A DNA stretch of 43,183 nucleotides. Source: Candidatus Yonathbacteria bacterium. GTDB lineage: Bacteria > Patescibacteriota > Minisyncoccia > Phycocordibacterales > UBA1550. A program made the translations under genes and the position numbers. The DNA lies in NCBI GenBank assembly GCA_003483855.1, contig DMXP01000008.1, positions 17,903 through 61,085 of the forward strand, read 5' to 3'. Positions 18,718-27,888 of the stretch are shown here, in pieces. The first letter of the stretch is position 1, and each line of letters begins with the position of its first letter. Under the pieces are notes generated by a model. That model was given only the letters and a program-made list of their open reading frames with translations, made no database searches and had not been told where the DNA came from.

Positions 18718-19323
18718 ATGAGGAGTCGCCATAAATACATAATTGGAGTGGACGAGGTTGGGCGAGGGCCACTCGCTGGCCCGGTGGCGGTCGGAGTCGT
18801 AAAGTTTAAAGCCGAAAGTCAAAAGGTAATAACAAAATGGGGAATTGGCTTTAAGGATTCTAAAAAACTTTCTGCGAATGGAAGGGAGGCGTGGCTGGTT
18901 AAAATTGATGAGGCAATGAGTGAAGGTTGGCTCGAGTATGCAGTTGCGTTCGTGTCGCCGAGCGTGATCGATAAAAAAGGGCTTTCGTATGCTATTCGTA
19001 CAGCTATGGAGAAAGCGCTTAGTGAGATTGAGCATGATGTGAACAAAACAAAGGTACTTCTCGATGGCGCGCTTCACGCGCCATCGCATTACCCTCATCA
19101 GGAAACCATCATAAAGGGTGACGAGAAAGAACTTTCGATTGCACTCGCTTCTATTGTTGCAAAAGTTGCGCGGGATAAAAAGATGGTCGCCCTTGCAAAA
19201 AAGTTTCCAGAATATGGATTTGAAAAACACAAGGGCTATGGTACGCGCGCACATTATTTGGCAATTAAGAAGAATGGGCTAACCAAACATCACCGTAGAA
19301 GCTTCCTTAGATGTGTTGCGTAA
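18718..19323 (+). CDS. rnhB: Ribonuclease HII
   Basis: GVDEVGRGPLAGPV, KDSKKL, IKGD, ASIVAKVARD, HKGYGT. Confidence 0.97.
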   Translation: MRSRHKYIIGVDEVGRGPLAGPVAVGVVKFKAESQKVITKWGIGFKDSKKLSANGREAWLVKIDEAMSEGWLEYAVAFVSPSVIDKKGLSYAIRTAMEKALSEIEHDVNKTKVLLDGALHAPSHYPHQETIIKGDEKELSIALASIVAKVARDKKMVALAKKFPEYGFEKHKGYGTRAHYLAIKKNGLTKHHRRSFLRCVA

Positions 19324-19386
19324 AAGTGTGATAAATGGTACACTAAAATTTGGTTCATTTTTTAACGACAACAAAAAGGGGGAATT

Positions 19387-19722
19387 ATGGCATCAGTGAT
19401 GGCATTGATACAAAAACCAACAGCAAAAAGCCTCGATGAAAGCAACACAAGCATAACAATAAAAATCAAGGATGGCTCTCGCTTGTGTATTGAAAAAGAC
19501 ACTGGAAAACTTTTCAAGATGTATTGTTACGATGGGGATAATTCGCTTGGTGTGAAAAGGCTCAGTTATGTTGGCACTGTTCGCCTCGATGAGCTGAAGA
19601 GTTCGCTATCCATTCTGCATGGCTGTCTTGGCGGAGCCGTAATCAAAACAAAAATAGGTGACCTGCATGTTGCTGATTACAAACACGCTAGCCGTTTAAG
19701 AAAATGGCTAAAAACGTTCTAG
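19387..19722 (+). CDS. Hypothetical protein
   Basis: SD-like AAGGGGG upstream; downstream hairpin aaaggcgacc/ggtcgccttttttt. Confidence 0.7.
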   Translation: MASVMALIQKPTAKSLDESNTSITIKIKDGSRLCIEKDTGKLFKMYCYDGDNSLGVKRLSYVGTVRLDELKSSLSILHGCLGGAVIKTKIGDLHVADYKHASRLRKWLKTF

Positions 19723-19967
19723 TATGACAGAAACACAAGAAGGTGTAATGTAGTGTTCCTATATTACTAATAAAGGCGACCCAAGGTCGCCTTTTTTGTG
19801 CAAAATACGAGGTTCTAAAGTATAGCGAGATATTATTTATTATGGTAGAATTGAAAGGTTCGTGGGATTTTCCCATATTTGATAGAATTTTAACTTTGAA
19901 TCAGCTGAGTCCGAATCACAAAATTTGTGTTTTGGATTAAAGCGAGGATATAAACACATTAAAACAT

Positions 19968-20204
19968 ATGAAAGAAGTAACAATTTACACAACCCCGACT
20001 TGCGGATATTGCAAAATGGCTAAAGAGTTTTTTAGTGAGAATGATGTGAATTACACTGAATACAATGTAGGCACAGACCTTGAAAAAAGAAAAGAAATGA
20101 TTGAGAAAAGCGGACAGATGGGGGTACCAGTGATATTTGTTGGCGACGACATGACGGTTGGTTTTGACAAGCCACGTCTTTCAAGCCTTCTTGGTATCGC
20201 GTAG
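19968..20204 (+). CDS. Glutaredoxin/NrdH-like redoxin
   Basis: YTTPTCGYC, GQMGVPVI, VGFD. Confidence 0.95.
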   Translation: MKEVTIYTTPTCGYCKMAKEFFSENDVNYTEYNVGTDLEKRKEMIEKSGQMGVPVIFVGDDMTVGFDKPRLSSLLGIA

Positions 20205-20262
20205 GCTATTTTAAAATCTTTTATTCTAGTATATTTAAAGGGGCATTACGCTCCTTTTTTAT

Positions 20263-20274
20263 GCCCTTGTAGTT
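20263..20274 (+). repeat. Copy of the tRNA-Arg 5' end, 82 bp upstream of the gene
   Basis: GCCCTTGTAGTT is identical to 20345-20356. Confidence 0.75.
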
Positions 20275-20344
20275 ATTATGCTTAGCCCGATAATACAACC
20301 TGCTAGCATTCTACTATGCGGAGTAAGTTAAGAGTTTAGTAATT

Positions 20345-20416
20345 GCCCTTGTAGTTCAACGGATAGAACAGTTCCGTCCTAAGGAATAGATGTAAGTTCG
20401 ATTCTTGCCAAGGGCA
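20345..20416 (+). tRNA. tRNA-Arg(CCT)
   Basis: GCCCTTG...CAAGGGC-A, anticodon arm GTTCC-GTCCTAA-GGAAT, T-loop TTCGATT; CCA not encoded. Confidence 0.95.
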
Positions 20417-20458
20417 CAGGCATGTGAGACAGACCGATGAGCCTTATTTCGCAGAAAG

Positions 20459-20500
20459 AAATCAAAATCCCCACGGTTGGTACTGTGGGGATTTTGATTT
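20459..20500. terminator. Hairpin terminator after tRNA-Arg
   Basis: aaatcaaaatccccac/gtggggattttgattt. Confidence 0.7.
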
Positions 20501-20536
20501 GAATAGGCATGAGTATTTTTTGTTATAATTATTCAA

Positions 20537-21025
20537 ATGCCAACAAAAATTGATTATTTGACAGATTCTCCAAGCGGGCATCATTACGGACTTAATAGCA
20601 CTAAAAGTAGGATGTTTGCCCATTCCGCAGCCCAATACTGGGATGTATTTTTGGAATTAACTGAAGAAGAAAATTTTGATTTGTGGAAGTTTATGTACGT
20701 TGGACTACCAGTAATGCACATGTCATTGGAACTTATTGTTAAGGCATTTGTGACTTTTTATGATGGTACGTATAATCCAAAAAGTGACAAACACAGGACA
20801 TCAAAAATAATTATAGACTATGCTGATAAAATTAATGTATTAAAATTAATAAGGGATGATGCCCAAAAGATAGAATTAATTAAAACACTCGAGATTGCAT
20901 GGGAAGGATTGAGGTATGCAGAGTGCAGTCTTCAGTACGATAGAAAAGATGAGGTTCATTTGAATGAGATGATGATGTTATTAATTGACGAATATAAAAA
21001 AATATCTGGGCTACGAACTCTTTAG
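20537..21025 (+). CDS. Hypothetical protein, possibly HEPN-like
   Basis: All-helical; HMSLELIVKAF and LRYAE recall the HEPN E..LKA and RY motifs (weak). Confidence 0.7.
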   Translation: MPTKIDYLTDSPSGHHYGLNSTKSRMFAHSAAQYWDVFLELTEEENFDLWKFMYVGLPVMHMSLELIVKAFVTFYDGTYNPKSDKHRTSKIIIDYADKINVLKLIRDDAQKIELIKTLEIAWEGLRYAECSLQYDRKDEVHLNEMMMLLIDEYKKISGLRTL

Positions 21026-21058
21026 GTCTTGCATAGAAATATGCTAATTGTGATTTAG

Positions 21059-22378
21059 TTAAATAATTTTAATTTGTTTTTCTGCCATCGTTATTTTACT
21101 TCTCAGGCAGGTGAGTAGTTCGCGTTTTTCTGCGATTGTTCCATCTCTCAAAATATACTTGGCGTAGTTTCGTATGTCGATGTCGGCTATTTTTACAGCG
21201 GTGCTCTTTACTCCAAGTAGACCTAATTCAAATTTCTTGTGACGTTCGATTTCTTCTTTTATCTTTTCTTTCATTCCGATCTCATCAAGATGGATTTCGT
21301 TCATTAGCTCTGCGAGTTGCTCTATTAAATCTTCTTCTCGCATATAGCCTGATTTACAGTTTTTGTCTCTGAACCGACAGCATCCGTAGTAAACATATCT
21401 ATGCACGGTGCCATTTTGCTGTTTCTTAAATTTCTCATCGGCAGTTATCCCGGACCCACACAGTCCGCATGTCAGTAGTTTTGTGAAGGCGAATTCTTTG
21501 CTTGCGTTGTTTGTGGAGTACCCAACCAGACTCTCCTGCACTTTATCAAAAAGTTCTTTTGTTATGATTGGCGTATGTTTTCCTTGATACCATTGTCCAC
21601 CTTTCTTCGGATATTCAAAAGTTCCGTAGTAGAAAGTATTTCTCAGTATCAAATAAATATTGCCTACGTTGAGAGGTTTACCAGTTCTTGTTTTGAATTT
21701 CATCTCGTCCTTTAACCATGAGTGTACTTTTCGCCCGCTGTACCCTTCGTATGCTATCTTCTCAAACATTTTCTTGATGATTGGCGCCCTATGAATATCG
21801 ATATCAACATGGCAACTTTTCTCCGTATTCTTACTGTTCAAATACCCAGTAGGGGCAGTGCATGGCCATAGTCCCATCTCGCACCTTGCTCTCAACCCAC
21901 GCTTCACGTTGACCACCTTGTTGTCGTTCTCGAGCTTCGCTTGCGACCCCAAAATCATCAGCAGAAATTTCTCATTTGGGTTATTGCTAAACTTTTGCCC
22001 ATAGGTACGTATCTCATGAAGCTTTCCTGAGTCCATCAAGTCCACAATTCTGCCCAAGTCTCCTGCGTTTCTTGAGATACGGTCTGGTGCCCAAGTAAGG
22101 ATACCGTTGAATTTTCCACTTTTGATTTCATCCACAATCTCATTGAAGACTGGTCGTTGACCCGCTTCTTTTGCAGAGTGCGACTCCTTCTTAATCTCAA
22201 CAATCTCCAAACAGTCTCGTTCTGCCATCTGAATCATCTCCTTAATTTGGCTGTCTATGGATAATACCTGCTGTTCCTCACTTTCTGTGCTTTTCCTCGC
22301 GTACAGGCAATATTTGACCCTTATGGGGGCTTGAATGTCCCTCGCCATAGCCCCAACTGGCATTTCAATTTTGCTCAT
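21059..22378 (-). CDS. Large serine recombinase (resolvase + recombinase + Zn ribbon)
   Basis: LYARKSTESEEQQ, SIDSQ, PDRISRN, APTGY, CGLCG...YYGC; likely start MSKIEM at 22378. Confidence 0.95.
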   Translation of the reverse strand: MSKIEMPVGAMARDIQAPIRVKYCLYARKSTESEEQQVLSIDSQIKEMIQMAERDCLEIVEIKKESHSAKEAGQRPVFNEIVDEIKSGKFNGILTWAPDRISRNAGDLGRIVDLMDSGKLHEIRTYGQKFSNNPNEKFLLMILGSQAKLENDNKVVNVKRGLRARCEMGLWPCTAPTGYLNSKNTEKSCHVDIDIHRAPIIKKMFEKIAYEGYSGRKVHSWLKDEMKFKTRTGKPLNVGNIYLILRNTFYYGTFEYPKKGGQWYQGKHTPIITKELFDKVQESLVGYSTNNASKEFAFTKLLTCGLCGSGITADEKFKKQQNGTVHRYVYYGCCRFRDKNCKSGYMREEDLIEQLAELMNEIHLDEIGMKEKIKEEIERHKKFELGLLGVKSTAVKIADIDIRNYAKYILRDGTIAEKRELLTCLRSKITMAEKQIKII

Positions 22379-22447
22379 ATACACAAGGGATGACACAACC
22401 CCGCTAGGTATCCTAGGCGGGGTTGTAGACAAGAAGTAGATAACTAT

Positions 22448-23137
22448 TTACTTACCCTCAAAAAGGCGCTTCCTGATCCTATTATTCTTGGAGTACTCAT
22501 TAATGTTTATTCCTTTTTTCACTGGTCGCTTTTTCACTGGAGCGCTTGGTTCTCCAGCGACTAGCGGACGAGAAAGAGGCGGAATTTTAAAAACAGTATC
22601 CTTCTTTTCTGGAGCAGATCCAATCACCTCATTTACCCGCCTCATGTGTCCCTCCTTTTCAAGTCGTTGTTTTTCGTGCCATTGTTCCGGGTTTATACCG
22701 TTATTCTTGAGAACATTTCCAAGCCCGATGTTCATCAGGGCCTTCACGATAGCCTTGCGATCCTCATCTACAAGCTCAAGCGAGTGTTCATGCTCATGTA
22801 CTATGCGGTCATTGTATCCACCATGGTGATTCTTCAACCAGAAGATTATTGATGTTGTGTGTCCATTTTGAATATTCTGGATGAGGCGCGATTCCGCCAT
22901 ATCGTTGATGAAGAGCTCGCCACTTCTCATTGCAATATCTGCCAACTTCGCAAATTCTTTATCATCCTTTCGCCACGCATAGTACGTCGAACGACCCACG
23001 CCTGATTTTTCACAGGCGACTTGTACAATCGGATATTTCAGAAGTTGTTCGAGGAACGCCTGCTTCTGTGCTCTCGTCTTTACTGCTAATGTTTCCAATC
23101 GCTTCTCCGTTTTGTTCTTTGGTCTAGGAGAAGACAT
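22448..23137 (-). CDS. HTH protein resembling a phage terminase small subunit (phBC6A51-like)
   Basis: ACEKSGVGRSTYYAWRKDDKEF, AESRL, SIIFWLKN. Confidence 0.75.
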   Translation of the reverse strand: MSSPRPKNKTEKRLETLAVKTRAQKQAFLEQLLKYPIVQVACEKSGVGRSTYYAWRKDDKEFAKLADIAMRSGELFINDMAESRLIQNIQNGHTTSIIFWLKNHHGGYNDRIVHEHEHSLELVDEDRKAIVKALMNIGLGNVLKNNGINPEQWHEKQRLEKEGHMRRVNEVIGSAPEKKDTVFKIPPLSRPLVAGEPSAPVKKRPVKKGININEYSKNNRIRKRLFEGK

Positions 23138-23143
23138 ACGGGG

Positions 23144-24472
23144 TTAGTTAATCTTCTTCGCTTTCTTCCCAGTATGCTTCTCCCAGCGATTTTTAATCAC
23201 TTCTGTGTACACAGGAGACTTTTCCATGATGCGACAATTACGCCCAAGCTTCAGTGAAGCAATGAGTGTGCTACCCGAGCCCCCGAATGGCTCAAGCACC
23301 AAGTCGCCACGCTTGGTTAGCACCTTGATATACGGAATGAGTAGTTCAAGAGGTTTCGTGCCAAAGATAATTCCTTGCCCTGAAGATTTTTCATCAGCCG
23401 CAATATGGTCAATAAAATCAGTTGGGCAAATCTTCTTGCCCTTTTCGTAACTCTCAAAGTGGGGTTTCCCAGAAGTTGCAAAGATTGCGTTCTCATATTC
23501 ATTCTGGAAGAGCTCGTCACCCTCGGGCTCAAGATTAAGAGTTACATCTCCATCAGTGCCAACCAAAGCGATGTCACTCTTGTTAAAGAATTTATACTTC
23601 GCCGCAAAACCTTGCACACGATTCGGCACATGCCAAGTGATGGTGTTGCGGTACTTCCAATGTTTCTCAAGTTCATTCCAGATAGTGCGGAGATTTTTTG
23701 GATGCTCAAATATCATGATTGAGAAGTCGGGCTTCTGCACCTTTGCTACATTCGCCATCCAGAGTTCAGTGAAGTTGTCGGGCAGTACGTCTGTTTCAAG
23801 GTACTTACGATTCTTCTTCAACCCAAACCCTTCCGTCACTCCATCTTTCTGTTTTGTTTTGCCACGAAGGTAATCAAGAATATAGGGGGGATCAGTGCAC
23901 ACCATATCCACCTGTGCTCCTTCCATGAGTTTCATCATGTCTGCTTCGATGGTACTGTCGCCACACATTAAGATTGACCCATCAATTTCATAGCGGTCTC
24001 CTTTCTGTACTTTAATTTCGTGAATGTTGAGCTTCTCCAACTCCTTCTTCATGTCGAATACTTCTGGTGTCGGGTCAATTGCAAAAATGCTATCAAGCTC
24101 TTCTGTACTGAAACCCATTTCGCCGAGGAATGCCTCGCCGAAATCTTTCAGAAGTTCAAAATCAAACTCACCTAAATTTTTGTTTAAGCGTACATTCAAC
24201 TCTTTTTCTTTCTCTACATCAGGAATATTCACATAGACCACGGGCATCTCAGTGTGTCCGAGGTCCTTAGCAACCTTGAGACGAAAGTGTCCGCCAATTA
24301 CTGTGTTCATCCGTTCAGGCGCTGAATTGCAAATGACGGGGTCAACCATTCCAAACTTTGTAATTGATTCTTTGAGCGCATTAGTTTGCGCTTCGTTCCA
24401 CTTGCGTGGGTTGTATATAGCAGGGTTGAGAGAACCAACAGCTACATACACTACTTTCATGTTGTTGTTCAT
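23144..24472 (-). CDS. ParB-like N-domain fused to an N4/N6 DNA methyltransferase
   Basis: YNPRK..SITKFG..GGHFRL (ParB/Srx); TDPPY, TKPLEL, EPFGGSGSTL (beta-class order). Confidence 0.92.
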   Translation of the reverse strand: MNNNMKVVYVAVGSLNPAIYNPRKWNEAQTNALKESITKFGMVDPVICNSAPERMNTVIGGHFRLKVAKDLGHTEMPVVYVNIPDVEKEKELNVRLNKNLGEFDFELLKDFGEAFLGEMGFSTEELDSIFAIDPTPEVFDMKKELEKLNIHEIKVQKGDRYEIDGSILMCGDSTIEADMMKLMEGAQVDMVCTDPPYILDYLRGKTKQKDGVTEGFGLKKNRKYLETDVLPDNFTELWMANVAKVQKPDFSIMIFEHPKNLRTIWNELEKHWKYRNTITWHVPNRVQGFAAKYKFFNKSDIALVGTDGDVTLNLEPEGDELFQNEYENAIFATSGKPHFESYEKGKKICPTDFIDHIAADEKSSGQGIIFGTKPLELLIPYIKVLTKRGDLVLEPFGGSGSTLIASLKLGRNCRIMEKSPVYTEVIKNRWEKHTGKKAKKIN

Positions 24473-25066
24473 AGTTGTATATATTAGTGTTCATAAATCC
24501 GTTAGCTCTCAATTAAAAAAGGCACCGCAAGCGCGTAATGAAAATCCACAAGATCGACCTTGGACTTACACCGCACTCACAGCACCATTAAGTTCCTCCA
24601 TTAGTATCTTCGTTAGAAGTACCTTAATAATATTTCATTAAAATTATTACGCAAGCCACTTTTTTGATTTTTTCTGTCAAAGACGTCAAGGATGTAAATT
24701 GGTTGAGAAAAGCAAAAAATCACTCAAACTCCACGATGCTTTTTCGCGGGACAGTGTAAATTGAGTTATCCACAGACATTTTTTTCCGAAACCGAGCTAC
24801 ACAAATCTTCAGAAGTAAGCTTGAATGGAGGAGTAGCAGATTTTCTGCTACAATGCACTTACAACTTCATAGAAGTCGGCCTAACCCCTAAGGGTTCAAA
24901 AATCTTTAGGGTATGGCTACAAAACGCGACGAACATAAAGAACCCGTTATCAGGGCGTTCGTCGCGTTACCAGGGGAAACTCTGGTAGGGGTTGCCGTAA
25001 GGTGCCTTCCTGGTAGCGGGCTTTTTGTACCCAAAATCAGGGATAACAAAATTGCGACGAACAAAT

Positions 25067-25615
25067 ATGGACGACGACCATACTCATACTTCTCAAGAGG
25101 GTAATCTTGAGTTTCTACAACCATACAAAGTTGATGGCGAAATATTCTCGCTTCCTTCGGGTGAGCAAATTTCCATACAGAAATATTTTCTTACATTCAC
25201 TCCATGGAAAGGAGCATCAGTACCAAATACTTATAACAACAAACCAGTCATCGATTGGAACGGCGAGCCTGTATTTGCAGAGCTCGCCGTTTTGCGTTTA
25301 TTCCAATCGCATGGGTGGGAAGGCGTGTGGGTTGATTCGTACAGAAGAAACTACAGAGTTGGTCTTCCTGATGTAGTTGACACAATAGAGCTCCCGCAGA
25401 AACAAAGAGATTTGATTGACTCTATCCGCGCCAAGACAGGACGATCTGGTGGTTGTTGGGATGTGTTCGTTTGGAAAGGAGACACAATGTTGTTCATTGA
25501 GCTCAAGCGTCAGAAAAAAGACAGTATTCGGGAGACCCAACTACAGTGGCTCGAGAAATCTCTTGATTATGGCCTCACGACAAATGGTTTCGCGTTTGTG
25601 GAATGGAAATTTTAG
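25067..25615 (+). CDS. VRR-NUC-like PD-(D/E)XK nuclease
   Basis: GCWDVFVW...FIELKRQKKDSIRETQLQWL; ATG at 25067. Confidence 0.8.
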   Translation: MDDDHTHTSQEGNLEFLQPYKVDGEIFSLPSGEQISIQKYFLTFTPWKGASVPNTYNNKPVIDWNGEPVFAELAVLRLFQSHGWEGVWVDSYRRNYRVGLPDVVDTIELPQKQRDLIDSIRAKTGRSGGCWDVFVWKGDTMLFIELKRQKKDSIRETQLQWLEKSLDYGLTTNGFAFVEWKF

Positions 25616-25807
25616 AGAAGAATGGTTCACTGACACCATTTCTCGCAATGAATGACGCAACCCTCTACATGAGTCCGGGACAGGCTGTTTGTAACTAAAT
25701 TCACAAAAGGTCATAAAAATAATGTACTTAGACATAGAATTCCTGTAAAATGATGTTAAATTTACCTCATATAAATAAGACTAGATATTTTATTTACGGA
25801 AAAGAAT

Positions 25808-26467
25808 ATGTCAAAACTTAAAGACACCCCAAAACTTGATAGGCCTCGTGAAAAAATGATGAAATATGGACCAGGTAAGTTGGGCGATGCTGAGTTGCTA
25901 GCAATCTTCCTTAGAACAGGCACTAAGGATTTAAATGTTTTAAAGCTATCGCAAAAAATTTTAAATAAATTTAAGAATAGTGAAATAATTAATGCAAGTA
26001 TTGGCGAATTAAAAACTATACACGGACTTGGACCCGCCAAGGCTTGTGAAATAGTTGCATGCTTCGAGCTTGGGAAGAGAATGCTCAAAGACAAAAAATC
26101 ATCAGTCTTGTTGTCCCCCAAGGATGTTTGGGAAAGAATGGAAGATATTAGGGGAAGCAAAAAGGAACATTTTGTAGTTTTTTACCTAGACAGTAGAAAT
26201 CAAGAGACACAAAGGGAAATTATTTCAGTTGGCACTCTTAATGAGAGTTTGGTGCATCCTCGAGAAGTATTTGAAGGTGCAATTAAAAACAATGCCTCAT
26301 CAATTATCCTCGCCCATAATCACCCATCAGGAGACTTGGGGCCGTCACAAGCCGATATTGAGATTACTAAAAAATTGATACACGCAGGAAAAATTTTAGA
26401 TATTAGAATTATTAGCCATGTAATTGTGACCAAAGATACATGGAATGAACTAGAGAATAATGACTAA
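25808..26467 (+). CDS. radC: RadC/JAB-domain protein
   Basis: RPREK, ELLAIFLRTG, VHPREVF, AHNHPSGD. Confidence 0.96.
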   Translation: MSKLKDTPKLDRPREKMMKYGPGKLGDAELLAIFLRTGTKDLNVLKLSQKILNKFKNSEIINASIGELKTIHGLGPAKACEIVACFELGKRMLKDKKSSVLLSPKDVWERMEDIRGSKKEHFVVFYLDSRNQETQREIISVGTLNESLVHPREVFEGAIKNNASSIILAHNHPSGDLGPSQADIEITKKLIHAGKILDIRIISHVIVTKDTWNELENND

Positions 26468-27857
26468 AACATATCAAACAAAAGAACAGGTTCTAGAAAA
26501 AGCAGAGACAATTCTATCAAAGTCTTTGCGTGGGGTTGTTTCAAGTGAAGTGGTTGGAGCTATCGAAAGCCAGATTGGAGTATACGGAATGAAACGCAAA
26601 GGTTTTTTAGGGGACCTAGTGGAAAAGTATTTCTTCGAGATTAATCCAGGGAATATTAGTGAGCCAGATTTCACAATCGCAGGTGTTGAGCTTAAAACTA
26701 CTCCATTAAAAAAACATACGAAAAACAAGCTTGTCTCGAAGGAGAGGCTAGTTTTTTCGATGATTAATTATGACACTGTCACAAATGAGAAATGGGAAGC
26801 GAGCTCATTCTTGAAAAAGAATAAAACCTTGTTGTTAATGTTTTATTTATGGACTGAAAATCAAAGTATTCTTGATTATGAATTTAAATTTGTTCATTTG
26901 TTAAACCTGCTGGAAGATATTTCCAGTGAAGATGTGTTCCAGATTCAGAAAGACTGGGAATATATTGTTTCAAAAATTAAACGAGGGGAAGCGCATTTGT
27001 TGTCGGAGGGGGATACCTATTATCTCGGAGCTTGTACTAAGGCAGCAAATAGTCGTGTGGTGCGAGATCAACCAATGAATCGTACTCCAGCAAAACCACG
27101 CGCATTTTCTTTCAAGCAGCAATATATAAATTATCTTATTCAGACGAAGTTGCTTGGTGAAAAAACTAACACAGATTCAATTTTTAAGAAGCAACGACGC
27201 ATAGAGACAATAGAGGATGCTATTAAGGGAAAGTTCGCACCTTTTATTGGGAAAACAGACAAAGAGATACTTATCAAGCTCGGTTCCACTCTTGGCAAAA
27301 AGTCCAAAAGTTATAAAAGATTAATTGTTAATCAAATTCTTGGTGTTAAATCAACTAACATAGAAGAGTTAGAAAAGGCGAATATAACACCCCGTGTTGT
27401 CACCTTAGAAAGCACTGGAACTTTAAAAGAATCTATTTCATTCCCAGCTTTTGATTATAAGGATTTAGTGAATCAAATTTGGTACGACGACGAGGGGGAA
27501 ACAATGGCTGATTTCCACTTACAGCTTGAAACAAAAAAGTTTTTATTTGTTATTTTCCAAAAACAAAAAGATAGTAATGAAATCATATTGAGGAAAACAA
27601 TGTTTTGGAATTTCCCAATGAAGGATATCGAGAAGGCTGAGAATGTTTGGCAAAAAACAATTGATTGTATCAATGAGGGTAGATACGATGATTTACCAAA
27701 AATCAAGGATAGCAGTGTGGCGCACGTTCGTCCTCACGGGAAGGACTCAACTGATACGATTGAAACACCCCAAAAAACACATGAAATGAAACGCTGTTTC
27801 TGGCTTAACGCTAAATATATACAACAGGCCATAGAAAACAAAAAAGATCAAGATTGA
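26460..27857 (+). CDS. Sau3AI/MutH-family type II restriction endonuclease (two MutH-like domains)
   Basis: KGFLGDLVEKYFF, EPDF..GVELKTTPLK, LSEGDTYYLGACTKA, RAFSFK; second domain with HVRPHG and CFWLN. Confidence 0.92.
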   Translation: MTKTYQTKEQVLEKAETILSKSLRGVVSSEVVGAIESQIGVYGMKRKGFLGDLVEKYFFEINPGNISEPDFTIAGVELKTTPLKKHTKNKLVSKERLVFSMINYDTVTNEKWEASSFLKKNKTLLLMFYLWTENQSILDYEFKFVHLLNLLEDISSEDVFQIQKDWEYIVSKIKRGEAHLLSEGDTYYLGACTKAANSRVVRDQPMNRTPAKPRAFSFKQQYINYLIQTKLLGEKTNTDSIFKKQRRIETIEDAIKGKFAPFIGKTDKEILIKLGSTLGKKSKSYKRLIVNQILGVKSTNIEELEKANITPRVVTLESTGTLKESISFPAFDYKDLVNQIWYDDEGETMADFHLQLETKKFLFVIFQKQKDSNEIILRKTMFWNFPMKDIEKAENVWQKTIDCINEGRYDDLPKIKDSSVAHVRPHGKDSTDTIETPQKTHEMKRCFWLNAKYIQQAIENKKDQD

Positions 27858-27888
27858 TCATTTTATTCTAATTTGTTAAGATGGTTCT

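Noticed and set aside
24766-24774. DnaA box TTATCCACA as a replication origin
   Set aside because: Single box, with no cluster and no dnaA nearby.
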